A stretch of DNA of 24,622 bases from a virus (IMGVR_UViG_3300042997_001195:1-24622); one strand, 5' to 3'; numbered from the stretch's first letter, positions 7,852 to 16,987 are shown. Made by a program: numbers and translations. Notes: generated by a model from the letters alone, not told the origin.

Positions 7852-8454
7852 TTATTCGACGTATTCTTCGTTTAGTGCTTTTTCAATTATTTCTCGAAGT
7901 CTCGCCAGTTCAACTTCTGGCGGATCGCAGTAGCCACTTTCGTGCGCGTAGTTTAGTAAGAGTCCGTTAGCAAGACGAGCGATTCTTTTACCGTGCTTGT
8001 CAACAATAAACTTTTCAAAGTTGCCATTGATAGGCGCTTTTTCGCCGTCTGGGTTTAAGAAGTTGTAGAGATCGTGGATTTTTCTTCCGTCAGTCTCTCC
8101 GTCACGGTCTTCTCGCGAAGTTACTAGCTCAGTAAACGGATAAGTTACTCCGTATTTTTCTCTGCCAAAGTCTTCAGACGTTTTAGCATCACGAATACCG
8201 TCTTCGTAAATACCGTATGTTATGCCGAATCCGCAATAGTCATTTGTAGGAACTGCTACAACTTGAAATCCACGGTCTTTGTAGTCTTGGTAGAGCTGCT
8301 CGATGATTCCAAATTGCGGAGCATTTCCGCAGTCGCCTGTTGTATTAGCGAATAATGTAACTCTGCCGCGATACTGCGCTAGGAAGTTTTCTTCGCCATC
8401 TGCGCTGGCGAGTGGAATGTCATACACTGACTTATACTTATCGTTGCTGCTCAT
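7852..8454 (-). CDS. Glutathione peroxidase-family protein (Cys type, divergent)
   Basis: YRGRVTLFANTTGDCGNAPQF, LYQDYKDRGFQVVAVPTND, YGVTYP, NFEKFIVDKHG. Confidence 0.85.
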   Translation of the reverse strand: MSSNDKYKSVYDIPLASADGEENFLAQYRGRVTLFANTTGDCGNAPQFGIIEQLYQDYKDRGFQVVAVPTNDYCGFGITYGIYEDGIRDAKTSEDFGREKYGVTYPFTELVTSREDRDGETDGRKIHDLYNFLNPDGEKAPINGNFEKFIVDKHGKRIARLANGLLLNYAHESGYCDPPEVELARLREIIEKALNEEYVE

Positions 8455-8467
8455 TTTTTTTTTTCTC

Positions 8468-9232
8468 CTAAAAGTTCGTTACTTTGTTTTGGTACAAGTA
8501 TTCTTGCCCGACATCTTTTTTTAAGTTTAAAAGCCATGTGTGTGGACTTCTTACAGTATCTGGGGTTTCGCTTGGGCTTTGCAATTGGCCAGTGTCGCCA
8601 TGGCAGAACCATTGTAAATATACTATGCGATGGCCCGCCGTGACCGGTGTTACTTCGTGCGCGCCTAGATACGTTGACGGGTACATCGCAATATCTCCTG
8701 CTTCCAGTCTTACAGATACATCCCACATTCTAAAGTAAAGATCTCCACCCTCGTAGTCACTAGACCACGAGAGTCCCGCTGTCACTGTGTTATGCAGTGG
8801 CATCTGATTTATCGGCTTGTAGTTTTCGTCGAGTGGTATTGCAGAATCTGAATGGCACCCAATATTTTGTCCGTCTGAATACGTAGCAATGTGACCTTTA
8901 GTTCTCCAAGCGATGGCTTCTATTACTACTGGAAAGATTTTGCAATACTCAACAATGCATTTATACAGAGCGTCTTCGCACGCTTGTGAAAAGTCAACCA
9001 AGTGCTGTGGAGTATCGTCGACGACAGTCTCTACAAACCGTCCTGGCGCGATGTCAATCGACTTTCGGTCAAACTCATATCCAGATGAATTGACTACAGT
9101 GTCGTCTTTATCGAAAAAGTGTTGTTCCTTTTTGCTGTTTAAGTACTCCATGTACTCTCTGATCAGTGCGTCATCGACGTCTATAGCGTTCTTAAAGAGA
9201 ACAATTCCATTTCCAAGATTGCTAATCTGCAT
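8468..9232 (-). CDS. 2OG-Fe(II) oxygenase, prolyl-4-hydroxylase-like
   Basis: HSD...DYEGGDLYF...AHEV...GHR. ATG 9232 follows GAGGAG. Confidence 0.85.
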   Translation of the reverse strand: MQISNLGNGIVLFKNAIDVDDALIREYMEYLNSKKEQHFFDKDDTVVNSSGYEFDRKSIDIAPGRFVETVVDDTPQHLVDFSQACEDALYKCIVEYCKIFPVVIEAIAWRTKGHIATYSDGQNIGCHSDSAIPLDENYKPINQMPLHNTVTAGLSWSSDYEGGDLYFRMWDVSVRLEAGDIAMYPSTYLGAHEVTPVTAGHRIVYLQWFCHGDTGQLQSPSETPDTVRSPHTWLLNLKKDVGQEYLYQNKVTNF

Positions 9233-10106
9233 TGTACTCCTCAAATGAAAAACCTGGAATTGACAATGTTATACCACTATTCTTTACTAGACGGACGAAG
9301 TCATTTCTAAGCGTTGGCATATACACGTTTGTTGCAGTTTTAGCCACGTCAGGGTCTTTGTTCGGATCAGTGACGCTTTCATTGACGGCAGTGTTTGGCG
9401 TGCCATGAGAGTACCAACCTAGATATGAGTAGCGCACTCCAGAACTGACTGGCTTAACCTCGTGTGTCGCCATGTAGTTTGATGGGAACATCAAGACATC
9501 TCCACGCTTAGGTTGAATTTCGATGTCTAAATAGTTGAAGTAGTGGTGTCCACCGCAAAAAGAAGTACTAGTGACTTGGTCGTCTGTGTCTACACAGTCG
9601 TTTAGATACATAAGCACGGTCGTTGTATTGCGCGTGGCTAGTTGATCGCCAGGCTCTGGTAAGCCATAGACATAGTCAGCACTTGTATCAGAATGCGCGC
9701 CAAGATACACACCACGCTTATATGAAACAACGTGTCCTTTGACTTTCCACCAAATGTTTTTATAGGCCATTGGAAATAAAGTTAAGTACTTTAAGAGGTA
9801 CTTATCTCGAGAGTCTTCAAGAAAATCTAAAAAGTCTTTGAACTCACCATCATTTGTTGTGTGTATTTGCGACGCGCGACGTGGCATTTGCTCAACAGTG
9901 TCAAGGTCAAAGTAGTATCCGCTTCTATTTAGAAAAGATTCTTTTCCAGTCTCTGGATTAATAGCTTTCGTGTACATGTGAGACTGCTCTGCTTGGAGTT
10001 CACGCTCAATCCAGTTGATTGCAATCTCGCAGTCCCAATCGAGCGCGCCTCTAAAGATGACGACACCGCCACCTAAGTGCTCTGGAGCTACGTCATTGAA
10101 CTTCAC
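9222..10106 (-). CDS. 2OG-Fe(II) oxygenase, prolyl-4-hydroxylase-like
   Basis: HSD...MYLND...GG...FPSN..THEV...GVRYS. Confidence 0.85.
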   Translation of the reverse strand: MKFNDVAPEHLGGGVVIFRGALDWDCEIAINWIERELQAEQSHMYTKAINPETGKESFLNRSGYYFDLDTVEQMPRRASQIHTTNDGEFKDFLDFLEDSRDKYLLKYLTLFPMAYKNIWWKVKGHVVSYKRGVYLGAHSDTSADYVYGLPEPGDQLATRNTTTVLMYLNDCVDTDDQVTSTSFCGGHHYFNYLDIEIQPKRGDVLMFPSNYMATHEVKPVSSGVRYSYLGWYSHGTPNTAVNESVTDPNKDPDVAKTATNVYMPTLRNDFVRLVKNSGITLSIPGFSFEEYNAD

Positions 10107-10960
10107 TTTACGTGATCCTTTTGTCTATTTGACACTGCAAGCAAGTGCGACGGTCTAGTGCTAGCGTCTGGGTATTTTTCAACAATGTATTGCTCGTAGT
10201 CTTCAATAATTGTCTTCATCCAATACTGACCGCCAATGACAAAAGAACTTTTTTCATGCTGGGGATTGACACCGCGCTTTTCGTCTTCTGATCCCTGGGC
10301 AAACCAACCAAGATACGAGTAACGTGTCCCGCGTGTTACTTCTAGGATTTCATGAGCGCCAATGTAGTTTGCTGGCATCATGCAGATATCCCCTGTGCGT
10401 GGCTTGATGTCGACATCAAAGTATGGAACTGTCATATGACCACCAGAAAAAGAGTACGGAGTTTCTTCTTCGCCTTCGTCGACACAGTCATTAAAGTAGA
10501 TAAGTGCGCTTAGCACATTACGTGTTGCATGTTCTGTCGGCGGAACAGCACCATAGCGGTAGTTGACATCGTTATCTGAGTGAAACCCAAGGGCACCGCC
10601 TTTATCGTAGGCCAAAATGTGACCTTCGCTTCTCCACCATAGCGACTGAAGAATGGCTGGAAACATCTCGATGTACCGCAGCAGCGCTGCGTACAGAGCT
10701 TTTTCACATTCGGCGAAGAATGGATGGTCCAAGTTCATCATTCTTACTGGTGCTTTACTTGTCTTTTCAAGATCGTAAATAAATCCGCCTTGATTGACTG
10801 CGTGAAGTGGCTTACCGTTTTCATCTTTGACGATAGTGAACATCTGGCTTCGAGCTTCTTCTTTAAGCTGCTCTAGGTGTGGAATGACTACGTGTTGTGG
10901 CACTTCGATTGCATTTCTAAACACGACTGTTCCGCCGCCTAAATGTTCAATGCTACTCAT
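10103..10960 (-). CDS. 2OG-Fe(II) oxygenase, prolyl-4-hydroxylase-like
   Basis: HSD...IYFND...GG...AHEI...GTRYS. Start placed at ATG 10960 (MSSIEHLGGG), matching the paralog N-termini and the promoter position. Confidence 0.85.
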   Translation of the reverse strand: MSSIEHLGGGTVVFRNAIEVPQHVVIPHLEQLKEEARSQMFTIVKDENGKPLHAVNQGGFIYDLEKTSKAPVRMMNLDHPFFAECEKALYAALLRYIEMFPAILQSLWWRSEGHILAYDKGGALGFHSDNDVNYRYGAVPPTEHATRNVLSALIYFNDCVDEGEEETPYSFSGGHMTVPYFDVDIKPRTGDICMMPANYIGAHEILEVTRGTRYSYLGWFAQGSEDEKRGVNPQHEKSSFVIGGQYWMKTIIEDYEQYIVEKYPDASTRPSHLLAVSNRQKDHVK

Positions 10961-10967
10961 ACATTTA

Positions 10968-11011
10968 ATAGTATCACTAGTCGCGCCTAAAAGTGTGAAG
11001 CTAGATAAGAT
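10968..11011. promoter_or_regulatory. Divergent leaderless-type promoter pair
   Basis: Minus-strand TGaTACTAT (10968-10976) is 7 nt before ATG 10960. Plus-strand TAAGAT (11006-11011) is 6 nt before ATG 11018. Confidence 0.5.
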
Positions 11012-11017
11012 ACTCAT

Positions 11018-11686
11018 ATGAAAGAACCAGCCTTTTGGGAAGACGTGATTGCTGATCTACCAGTGTGCATCGCTTTTAGAGAAAACTGGGAAAAGATTCT
11101 TGAAGAAGCTCATGAGTACCTTGCAATTAGTCCTGACTTTTTGATTTCGTACCCGGCTATAGAAGTAGACGATCTTGAAAAGCCAGGAGAAAAAACAAAA
11201 GTATATTGTGGAAATTCATGGAAAGTTGCTACTGCAGGAATAAAGACTGACGATGCTATGACTTCTCTTGGCGGTCCGTTTATTGCAAAATACGTCAAGA
11301 AGACCGTTGGGATAGAGCTAAGTGACATTGTCTTATCTGTAGCTTCTGTGCTTCCAACAATTCATAAAATCGCAAAACCGCTTGAAGATGCTGGGCACAT
11401 GTTTAATGGAGTGTTTAGCGTGGTCAGCCCAGGCACAGCGATCGCTCCGCACAGAGGCGACAGCAATCTAATGAGAGTTCATCTTGGTTTGGTGTGTGAT
11501 CCTTTATGCGAAATAACTGTAGGGCCAGACAAGCGGACTTGGAAAGAAGGAGAACTTCTAGCCTTTAAAGACGGAGGAGCTTATCCGCACAGTGTCACGC
11601 ACAACGGAACGCATGACAGGCTTATACTTATATTTGATCTAACACTCGACTATTTGCGGTCAGTGATAGATCACCCTATGCTGTAG
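11018..11686 (+). CDS. Aspartyl/asparaginyl beta-hydroxylase-family 2OG oxygenase
   Basis: FSVVSPGTAIAPHRG..NLMRVHLGL, RTWKEGELLAF, PHSVTHNG..DRLILIFD. Confidence 0.85.
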   Translation: MKEPAFWEDVIADLPVCIAFRENWEKILEEAHEYLAISPDFLISYPAIEVDDLEKPGEKTKVYCGNSWKVATAGIKTDDAMTSLGGPFIAKYVKKTVGIELSDIVLSVASVLPTIHKIAKPLEDAGHMFNGVFSVVSPGTAIAPHRGDSNLMRVHLGLVCDPLCEITVGPDKRTWKEGELLAFKDGGAYPHSVTHNGTHDRLILIFDLTLDYLRSVIDHPML

Positions 11687-12440
11687 CCGCGTTTTTAATA
11701 AAGACAGTGTATCCGTAAAACTCTGAAACATGGAATGTATGTCCATCGAGAGTTTTTAGAACCTCGTGCAGTCCCGTGTGCGGGTGAGAATGATACGAGT
11801 TTCTGTAGATACGTGTAGAGTCATTAGTAGACGCGATATGGAGAATTCCGCCAGGAGCCAGTGAATCCACATATTTTTTAAGAAGATCCGGCTCTCCTAA
11901 AACATCCCACACCATCAAGATAATCATGTCGAATTTTTCAGATTCTTCGATGCCGTTCTGTAGATCTTCGTAGTCAATGACGTCATAGTCGTCAATAGTG
12001 TACTGATCATGCACACCGTACATGTGCTGTTCAAAGGCATCTAAGAATGTATTGTTCATAAACGTGAGATGAGGCACAGCGGCCGGCTCGTTGTTTATCC
12101 ACGAGTACAGGCCTGCTGGAGTTCCAGGGACAGAGCTCAGTATTCTCTTTGGATTTTTTGCAAGCAAGAAAGACTCTACAGATGCGCTAACACGCTTGAG
12201 CAAAGAAAACCACTCGTTTTCTGCGTCCTTGAAAAGATCATATAGAAAAATCTCTCCATTGCCTCCACCGCCGACAGCGACAATTCTTTTGTCAACGCTA
12301 TAAGCGGCTCTTTCATTTAAGATAGCTGTCGCGGCTTCACTTTGCGTCTGGCTAAAGTCATCTCCAAATGTTCCATTGTCCAGCATTGTAGAAGACAGAA
12401 ACTCCGACACCAAAGACATTCTTAAAATTGTATTATCCAC
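11676..12440 (-). CDS. Class I SAM-methyltransferase-fold protein, degenerate
   Basis: NPKRIL, EKFDMIIL, LKKYVDSLAPGGILHI; no canonical GxGxG at motif I. GTG 12440 follows AAGGAG. Confidence 0.55.
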   Translation of the reverse strand: MDNTILRMSLVSEFLSSTMLDNGTFGDDFSQTQSEAATAILNERAAYSVDKRIVAVGGGGNGEIFLYDLFKDAENEWFSLLKRVSASVESFLLAKNPKRILSSVPGTPAGLYSWINNEPAAVPHLTFMNNTFLDAFEQHMYGVHDQYTIDDYDVIDYEDLQNGIEESEKFDMIILMVWDVLGEPDLLKKYVDSLAPGGILHIASTNDSTRIYRNSYHSHPHTGLHEVLKTLDGHTFHVSEFYGYTVFIKNAATA

Positions 12441-12741
12441 GAGCAATAACTCCTTTAATGACTTGGCGATGCCACCAGTATCTGCGAGCTGAAGTGACAA
12501 GATGATAGTTTTCAGTTCTTAAAAAGTCGATTGCAGAATGAGAACGAGATACTCCTGACGGAGAAGAGTAGTGGAAGTTGTTTCTTAAGCCGGTAACTAT
12601 GTCGTCTATTGTAATTAGATCTAAGTTGTCTTCTGTAATTCCCGCTAAGATACAAATAACAGTAAGCTTATAGTCTACTCTTTCTAGGTCATTTTGCGGA
12701 TTGTAAAGAGCCGCTCCCGTTTGAGATCTAGTTCTCTTCAT
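12433..12741 (-). CDS. Hypothetical protein (small paralog group)
   Basis: Overlaps its neighbours; contains LERVDYKLTVICILAGITEDNLD. Confidence 0.65.
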   Translation of the reverse strand: MKRTRSQTGAALYNPQNDLERVDYKLTVICILAGITEDNLDLITIDDIVTGLRNNFHYSSPSGVSRSHSAIDFLRTENYHLVTSARRYWWHRQVIKGVIARG

Positions 12742-13024
12742 AGATTTTATCCTCTGGCATGTCTATTTCTGGGGTAACAGTCCACGGCTCAGAAGGATCT
12801 CCACTCTGCAGTAGCTCGCAAAAAAACGCAGCGCCGTCTGCAAGCTGAAAAGAAAACTGGTTCGGAACCCAGTGTATAACCTGATCGTTTCTTGACGGGT
12901 TGTGGATTGGCTCACTAATGTGAGGGTAGGCAGGATCTTCGTCCGGGCATATTTTATATTTTCCAGTTGAAATTGCAGATTCAATAATTGGCAACTTTAG
13001 TGGAATCTTCGGCTTTATATCCAC
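12728..13024 (-). CDS. Hypothetical Pro-rich acidic protein
   Basis: Tightly packed in the operon; no recognisable motif. Confidence 0.6.
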   Translation of the reverse strand: MDIKPKIPLKLPIIESAISTGKYKICPDEDPAYPHISEPIHNPSRNDQVIHWVPNQFSFQLADGAAFFCELLQSGDPSEPWTVTPEIDMPEDKIYEEN

Positions 13025-13027
13025 GGT

Positions 13028-13258
13028 TTACACCGCACTTACACGCGAGTGTGCAATCACTTGAAGTCGTAGGCATTCATACGCGTTCCAGATGTCAGAA
13101 CTGTTGTCTTCTGGTACCGGATTCTCCCATTCGGCGTCGAGTTCGTCGACGTCTACGCCTAAGAGAGTCGCAATACTGTAAATTGAGTACTCTAGGTACT
13201 CAATCGCGCTTGCATTTGCTTTCGCTTTTAATTCGTCTGAAAGTGTTGTAAATGTCAC
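13028..13258 (-). CDS. Hypothetical acidic protein (small paralog group)
   Basis: GTGA coupling; contains IEYLEYSIYSIATLLGVDVDELD. Confidence 0.65.
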   Translation of the reverse strand: MTFTTLSDELKAKANASAIEYLEYSIYSIATLLGVDVDELDAEWENPVPEDNSSDIWNAYECLRLQVIAHSRVSAV

Positions 13259-13500
13259 AGCGATTCCATTTTGGTCTTAATTTTAGCAATAGCATCAAGA
13301 GTAATCACAATCTCTAAATCACCTTGACGAATAACGCCAGGGGTATGCCCGTCGCGGGGTTCGAAGGTGGTCTCGTCAAACGTGTCTGGGTCAAAGCCTT
13401 CCATAACCAATAAGTTAATGAGGCGGCGCTCGCTATTTTGAAGACTACGAGCGTACAATGCTCGCTGCTCTCCTTCTGTCATTTTAGTTGTAAAGTCCAT
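13255..13500 (-). CDS. Hypothetical protein (small paralog group)
   Basis: AGAGGA RBS; contains LQNSERRLINLLVMEGFDPDTFD. Confidence 0.7.
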   Translation of the reverse strand: MDFTTKMTEGEQRALYARSLQNSERRLINLLVMEGFDPDTFDETTFEPRDGHTPGVIRQGDLEIVITLDAIAKIKTKMESL

Positions 13501-13553
13501 ATTTCCTCTGTGTTTTCTATTGCTGCTAGAGAGACCGGCAGGTGTTATCTACA

Positions 13554-13569
13554 ATTATACGCCGTATAA
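13554..13569 (-). promoter_or_regulatory. -10 box TATAAT (13554-13559) overlapped by palindrome TTATACG-C-CGTATAA (13555-13569)
   Basis: Read directly in the 79-bp intergenic gap upstream of ATG 13500. Confidence 0.45.
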
Positions 13570-13579
13570 GCGCCACGTC

Positions 13580-14281
13580 TTATACCTCTGGGGCACTTAG
13601 CTTTATTGGCCCGGTGTATTGAGGGCCAATTCGTACGCCATCTGCGTCTAAACCTGTCTTGATTCCTTTAGTCCATGTCCATGGATTTTCAACATTATTC
13701 TTCATTTTGACATCGCTGTACTTCACGCGCGACTTAATCAGTTCCGGGTTGTCCCACAAATTCGACACTTCAAATTCAACGGACGGCATAGTGTCTTCTT
13801 TGTAGATCGAAAAGAAGCAAAATGGTGACCCTGCTGGGAAAGTAACTGGTTCGCCTACTTTAGTGATTTTCCAGTTCATTTGTACTTCATCTGGCCACCA
13901 AGAACTGGGAATGGCAGCGGCAAGTGGAACAGCGCCATCGATGAAATAATTAGGGGACCCGGTGAGCCACGTTGCGTAGCCTTCTTCAGTATTGACTGTC
14001 CATCCCATCCCGATTGAAATGATTCCAATAATGGATGGAAACGCTACTTGACGTCCATTTTGTTCTCCTCCGCTAATTACAGTAACGGGGTTATTTCCGC
14101 CGTCCCACTGGACAACTAGATCTTCTTCAAGAACAAGTTCCCACCCCATAACATTAGCAGCAGTCATCGGCAGGCACTGATACGCGTGCTTGTTGTGCGT
14201 ATCGTCCATCCAATCGCGCTTAATGCGAGACTGCTCAATACGTGGAGCAGTCTGATGGTTTCTCGTAAGGCGCACTTTCAT
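13580..14281 (-). CDS. DUF6065-family protein
   Basis: RDWMD...HAYQCLPMTAANVMGWEL, GSPN, PL...W, MNWKIT, F.AG.PFC. Confidence 0.75.
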   Translation of the reverse strand: MKVRLTRNHQTAPRIEQSRIKRDWMDDTHNKHAYQCLPMTAANVMGWELVLEEDLVVQWDGGNNPVTVISGGEQNGRQVAFPSIIGIISIGMGWTVNTEEGYATWLTGSPNYFIDGAVPLAAAIPSSWWPDEVQMNWKITKVGEPVTFPAGSPFCFFSIYKEDTMPSVEFEVSNLWDNPELIKSRVKYSDVKMKNNVENPWTWTKGIKTGLDADGVRIGPQYTGPIKLSAPEV

Positions 14282-14997
14282 CAGGCTAAGAACCTTCCGT
14301 CAACGCTTTGCTGACTACCGTGCACTGGAAGTCCAGCACCTTCTGTTGCTTTAGTGCCATCAATGTTTTCTCCATAGCCTTGCTTGTGTGTTCTATCATT
14401 GTAGTCAAACATAGTCACAGCTGCGTACTTGACCCCGCTTGTCACTGCCTTTGACGCGTGGGCGTAGATGTATGTAGAAGGGAAAAATATTATGTCCCCG
14501 TATGACGGCTTAAATGCCACATCAATAAACGGAAACCACAATTCACCTCCTTCATAGTCATCGTTCAGATACATTACAGATGACACAGTGCAGTTGTATG
14601 AAAACCCGTGGTCAGTGTGCAGACCAAAGTGCTGCCCTGTCCCGTACCGCACGTAGTTTATTGCTTCCATAAAATCCATACGAATGTTGTATCGAGACTC
14701 ATAGTCGCGGAGGCACTCTGTTAAGCGTGCCACCGTGTCGTTATAGATATTCTTCATTTCAGAAAACTGTGGAGGAAGGTGCTGAATGTGGGTAGGACCC
14801 ATTTTGCAGTCGACACAGTCGCGGTACTCCGGCATTTTCTGCGCGTCGCCTACAAGTGCGTCCATCCACATGAACGGCGCCATCGTGCTAGTTCCAATGG
14901 TCTCTTCAAGACGCTCAATTAGGCGTAATTCTTTTGGTAGTGCATTTCTGTAGACAATAAGACCAAATTTAGGATCACCGATGTATTCGTGTTGCAT
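14281..14997 (-). CDS. 2OG-Fe(II) oxygenase, prolyl-4-hydroxylase-like
   Basis: HTD...MYLNDDYEGGELWF...FPS..YAH...GVKY. Confidence 0.9.
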   Translation of the reverse strand: MQHEYIGDPKFGLIVYRNALPKELRLIERLEETIGTSTMAPFMWMDALVGDAQKMPEYRDCVDCKMGPTHIQHLPPQFSEMKNIYNDTVARLTECLRDYESRYNIRMDFMEAINYVRYGTGQHFGLHTDHGFSYNCTVSSVMYLNDDYEGGELWFPFIDVAFKPSYGDIIFFPSTYIYAHASKAVTSGVKYAAVTMFDYNDRTHKQGYGENIDGTKATEGAGLPVHGSQQSVDGRFLA

Positions 14998-15659
14998 TAT
15001 TTATTTTCTCCGTTTACAGCTTCAGCAAGCTTAAACACTTGCAGAAATACGTCAATTATTGTTGCGTCCGACAAGAACAAAGAATACGTGTATTTATTGC
15101 CACTAATAATTTCTGCGACTTCGTGCGGATACAGAATTGTGGCTGGAAAAAGTATAAGCGTACCTGGAGCAGGTTTTGTTTTGTAGTCTTGTTTTGGGAA
15201 CCACAGCTCACCGCCTTCATAGTCGTCGTTGAGGTATACAACTGAAGAGTACAAGATCACTGGCGGCGGAGCCGCTATACCGCTACCAAGAAACTGGCTA
15301 ACGTCTATAGAACCGTCTCGTGGCGATGCCGCGGAGTCAGAGTGCCTTTCAAGTGAATCACCAATTTCCCAGCGGTTAAATCTGCCAGTGTCATCGTAGC
15401 GCTGGATGTTTGCGCCAAACTGATAACTAGCTATGTTTTCTATCGCAGTAATTACGCTCTCTAGCTCAATGAAGTCAGCGATGGGATCGGGATTAGCGTA
15501 CGAAGCAGGGGTGCTGGGGTGCCAGTCGTCTTCTCTAAGTACTGTGCGAATCCTATTTACTTCACTGGGCGTAAGAAAATCTTTTACAACAATGATGTTT
15601 CTATCAGAACCACCACGTTTCATATTTTCAATAGTAGTCAGCTGCTTTTGCTTGTCCAT
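14997..15659 (-). CDS. 2OG-Fe(II) oxygenase, prolyl-4-hydroxylase-like
   Basis: HSD...VYLNDDYEGGELWF...PHEV...GNKY. Confidence 0.9.
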   Translation of the reverse strand: MDKQKQLTTIENMKRGGSDRNIIVVKDFLTPSEVNRIRTVLREDDWHPSTPASYANPDPIADFIELESVITAIENIASYQFGANIQRYDDTGRFNRWEIGDSLERHSDSAASPRDGSIDVSQFLGSGIAAPPPVILYSSVVYLNDDYEGGELWFPKQDYKTKPAPGTLILFPATILYPHEVAEIISGNKYTYSLFLSDATIIDVFLQVFKLAEAVNGENK

Positions 15660-16377
15660 GACTGTCTTTCGTATCTTGGTTCTTTATCATTCTAAACATA
15701 TCTAAGTACACTTCTGACAGATTGATGCTAGATAAAAAGAAATTGTGCGTGTAGCGGTGACCACTAAGCACTTTTTTTACTTCATGCAGGTACATACAAT
15801 TGCCAGGAAACATGATCAGCGTGCCTGGTTTTGGCTTTATTTCTATACCATGCAGTGGAAAACATAGTTCTCCACCTTCATAGTCGTCATTGAGGTAGAT
15901 AAGTGCTGAGTACATAATAAGAAAAGGTGGGAGATCGTGCCCAGCGTAGCTGTGCAGTACAGTAGTGCACGATTCGTTTTCAGAGTCGGCGTGCAGTTTT
16001 AGCGAGTCGCCAGTGTCCCATCGGTTAATGCTTCCTAAATTTACAGACTCCGTAGTAGAACCGTACACGCATAGTCTAGCGCCATATGTGCGACTTGCTA
16101 AATCTACAGCCCGTGCCACCTGGTCTTTTGCACAGCGCATAAATCTTTTGTCCATTTGGCCGTAATTTGTGACCGCATCATTAGAAAATTTTCCTCTACT
16201 CCACGAAACAACGCTGACTAGATCCATCCATTCTTCTACTTTTTCTTGGGAAATAAAATCTTCTACGATAATAATGTTATTCGCAGAGCCTGGCACTAGA
16301 TTCTGCGCTTCTAAATTTCCGCGTCCGAGTGGCGTTTCTTTTTTTGTACGTCTATTGTACTGAATTTCGTGCACCAT
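15628..16377 (-). CDS. 2OG-Fe(II) oxygenase, prolyl-4-hydroxylase-like
   Basis: HAD...IYLNDDYEGGELCF...LHEV...GHRY. Confidence 0.9.
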   Translation of the reverse strand: MVHEIQYNRRTKKETPLGRGNLEAQNLVPGSANNIIIVEDFISQEKVEEWMDLVSVVSWSRGKFSNDAVTNYGQMDKRFMRCAKDQVARAVDLASRTYGARLCVYGSTTESVNLGSINRWDTGDSLKLHADSENESCTTVLHSYAGHDLPPFLIMYSALIYLNDDYEGGELCFPLHGIEIKPKPGTLIMFPGNCMYLHEVKKVLSGHRYTHNFFLSSINLSEVYLDMFRMIKNQDTKDSHGQAKAADYY

Positions 16378-16382
16378 GTGCG

Positions 16383-16982
16383 CTACCTGACAATGCTAAA
16401 GAATAACGGAGACGACCAGCGCGCTCCTTTTTCAATTGTATCAACGTAGTGAAGATGCGTTGCACCGCCTGGAAATATAGCTACTTTTCCTGCAGTAGGA
16501 GAAATGCGCACGGTATGCTGAGGAAACACTAAATCACCTCCTCTAAAATCTTCATTATGGTACATAACGGCCGAAATGTCGTAGTCCTCCATTCCAAGTT
16601 TTGGAGTGCCGTCTATGTTTTCTTTATCAGCGTGCACTTGCTTAACTTTTGAGTGCTCGTCGAGCCGCACTAAAGACGGTTCTCTAAAAATAAGACTACA
16701 TTCAAATAGTTTTTCTGCCTCATGCATTACGCGCCTTGCGCAGGCTTCAAGAGCTAAATACGAGATTGGGCTGATGTCGAACAGAATGTCAGCACCGCAA
16801 GTTGTCTCTATCCATGCATCAGCGTCATAGAGCACATTTCCTTTGTCGTCAAATCGTGTCACTGGGTCATAGTTCCAAAGGTTTATCATTGACGCAAGCT
16901 GCATTATTGAAGACAGCTCATCTAATGTCACAAGCCCATCTACTTCGTAGATATTTACGTTGTGCCTTGTTATGTTCATCAT
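16383..16982 (-). CDS. 2OG-Fe(II) oxygenase, prolyl-4-hydroxylase-like
   Basis: HAD...MYHNEDFRGGDLVF...LHYV...GARW. Confidence 0.88.
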   Translation of the reverse strand: MMNITRHNVNIYEVDGLVTLDELSSIMQLASMINLWNYDPVTRFDDKGNVLYDADAWIETTCGADILFDISPISYLALEACARRVMHEAEKLFECSLIFREPSLVRLDEHSKVKQVHADKENIDGTPKLGMEDYDISAVMYHNEDFRGGDLVFPQHTVRISPTAGKVAIFPGGATHLHYVDTIEKGARWSSPLFFSIVR

Positions 16983-16987
16983 TTTAT

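Noticed and set aside
7852-8454. Selenocysteine GPx or stop-codon recoding
   Set aside because: The active-site codon is a Cys codon and the ORFs pack tightly under the standard code.
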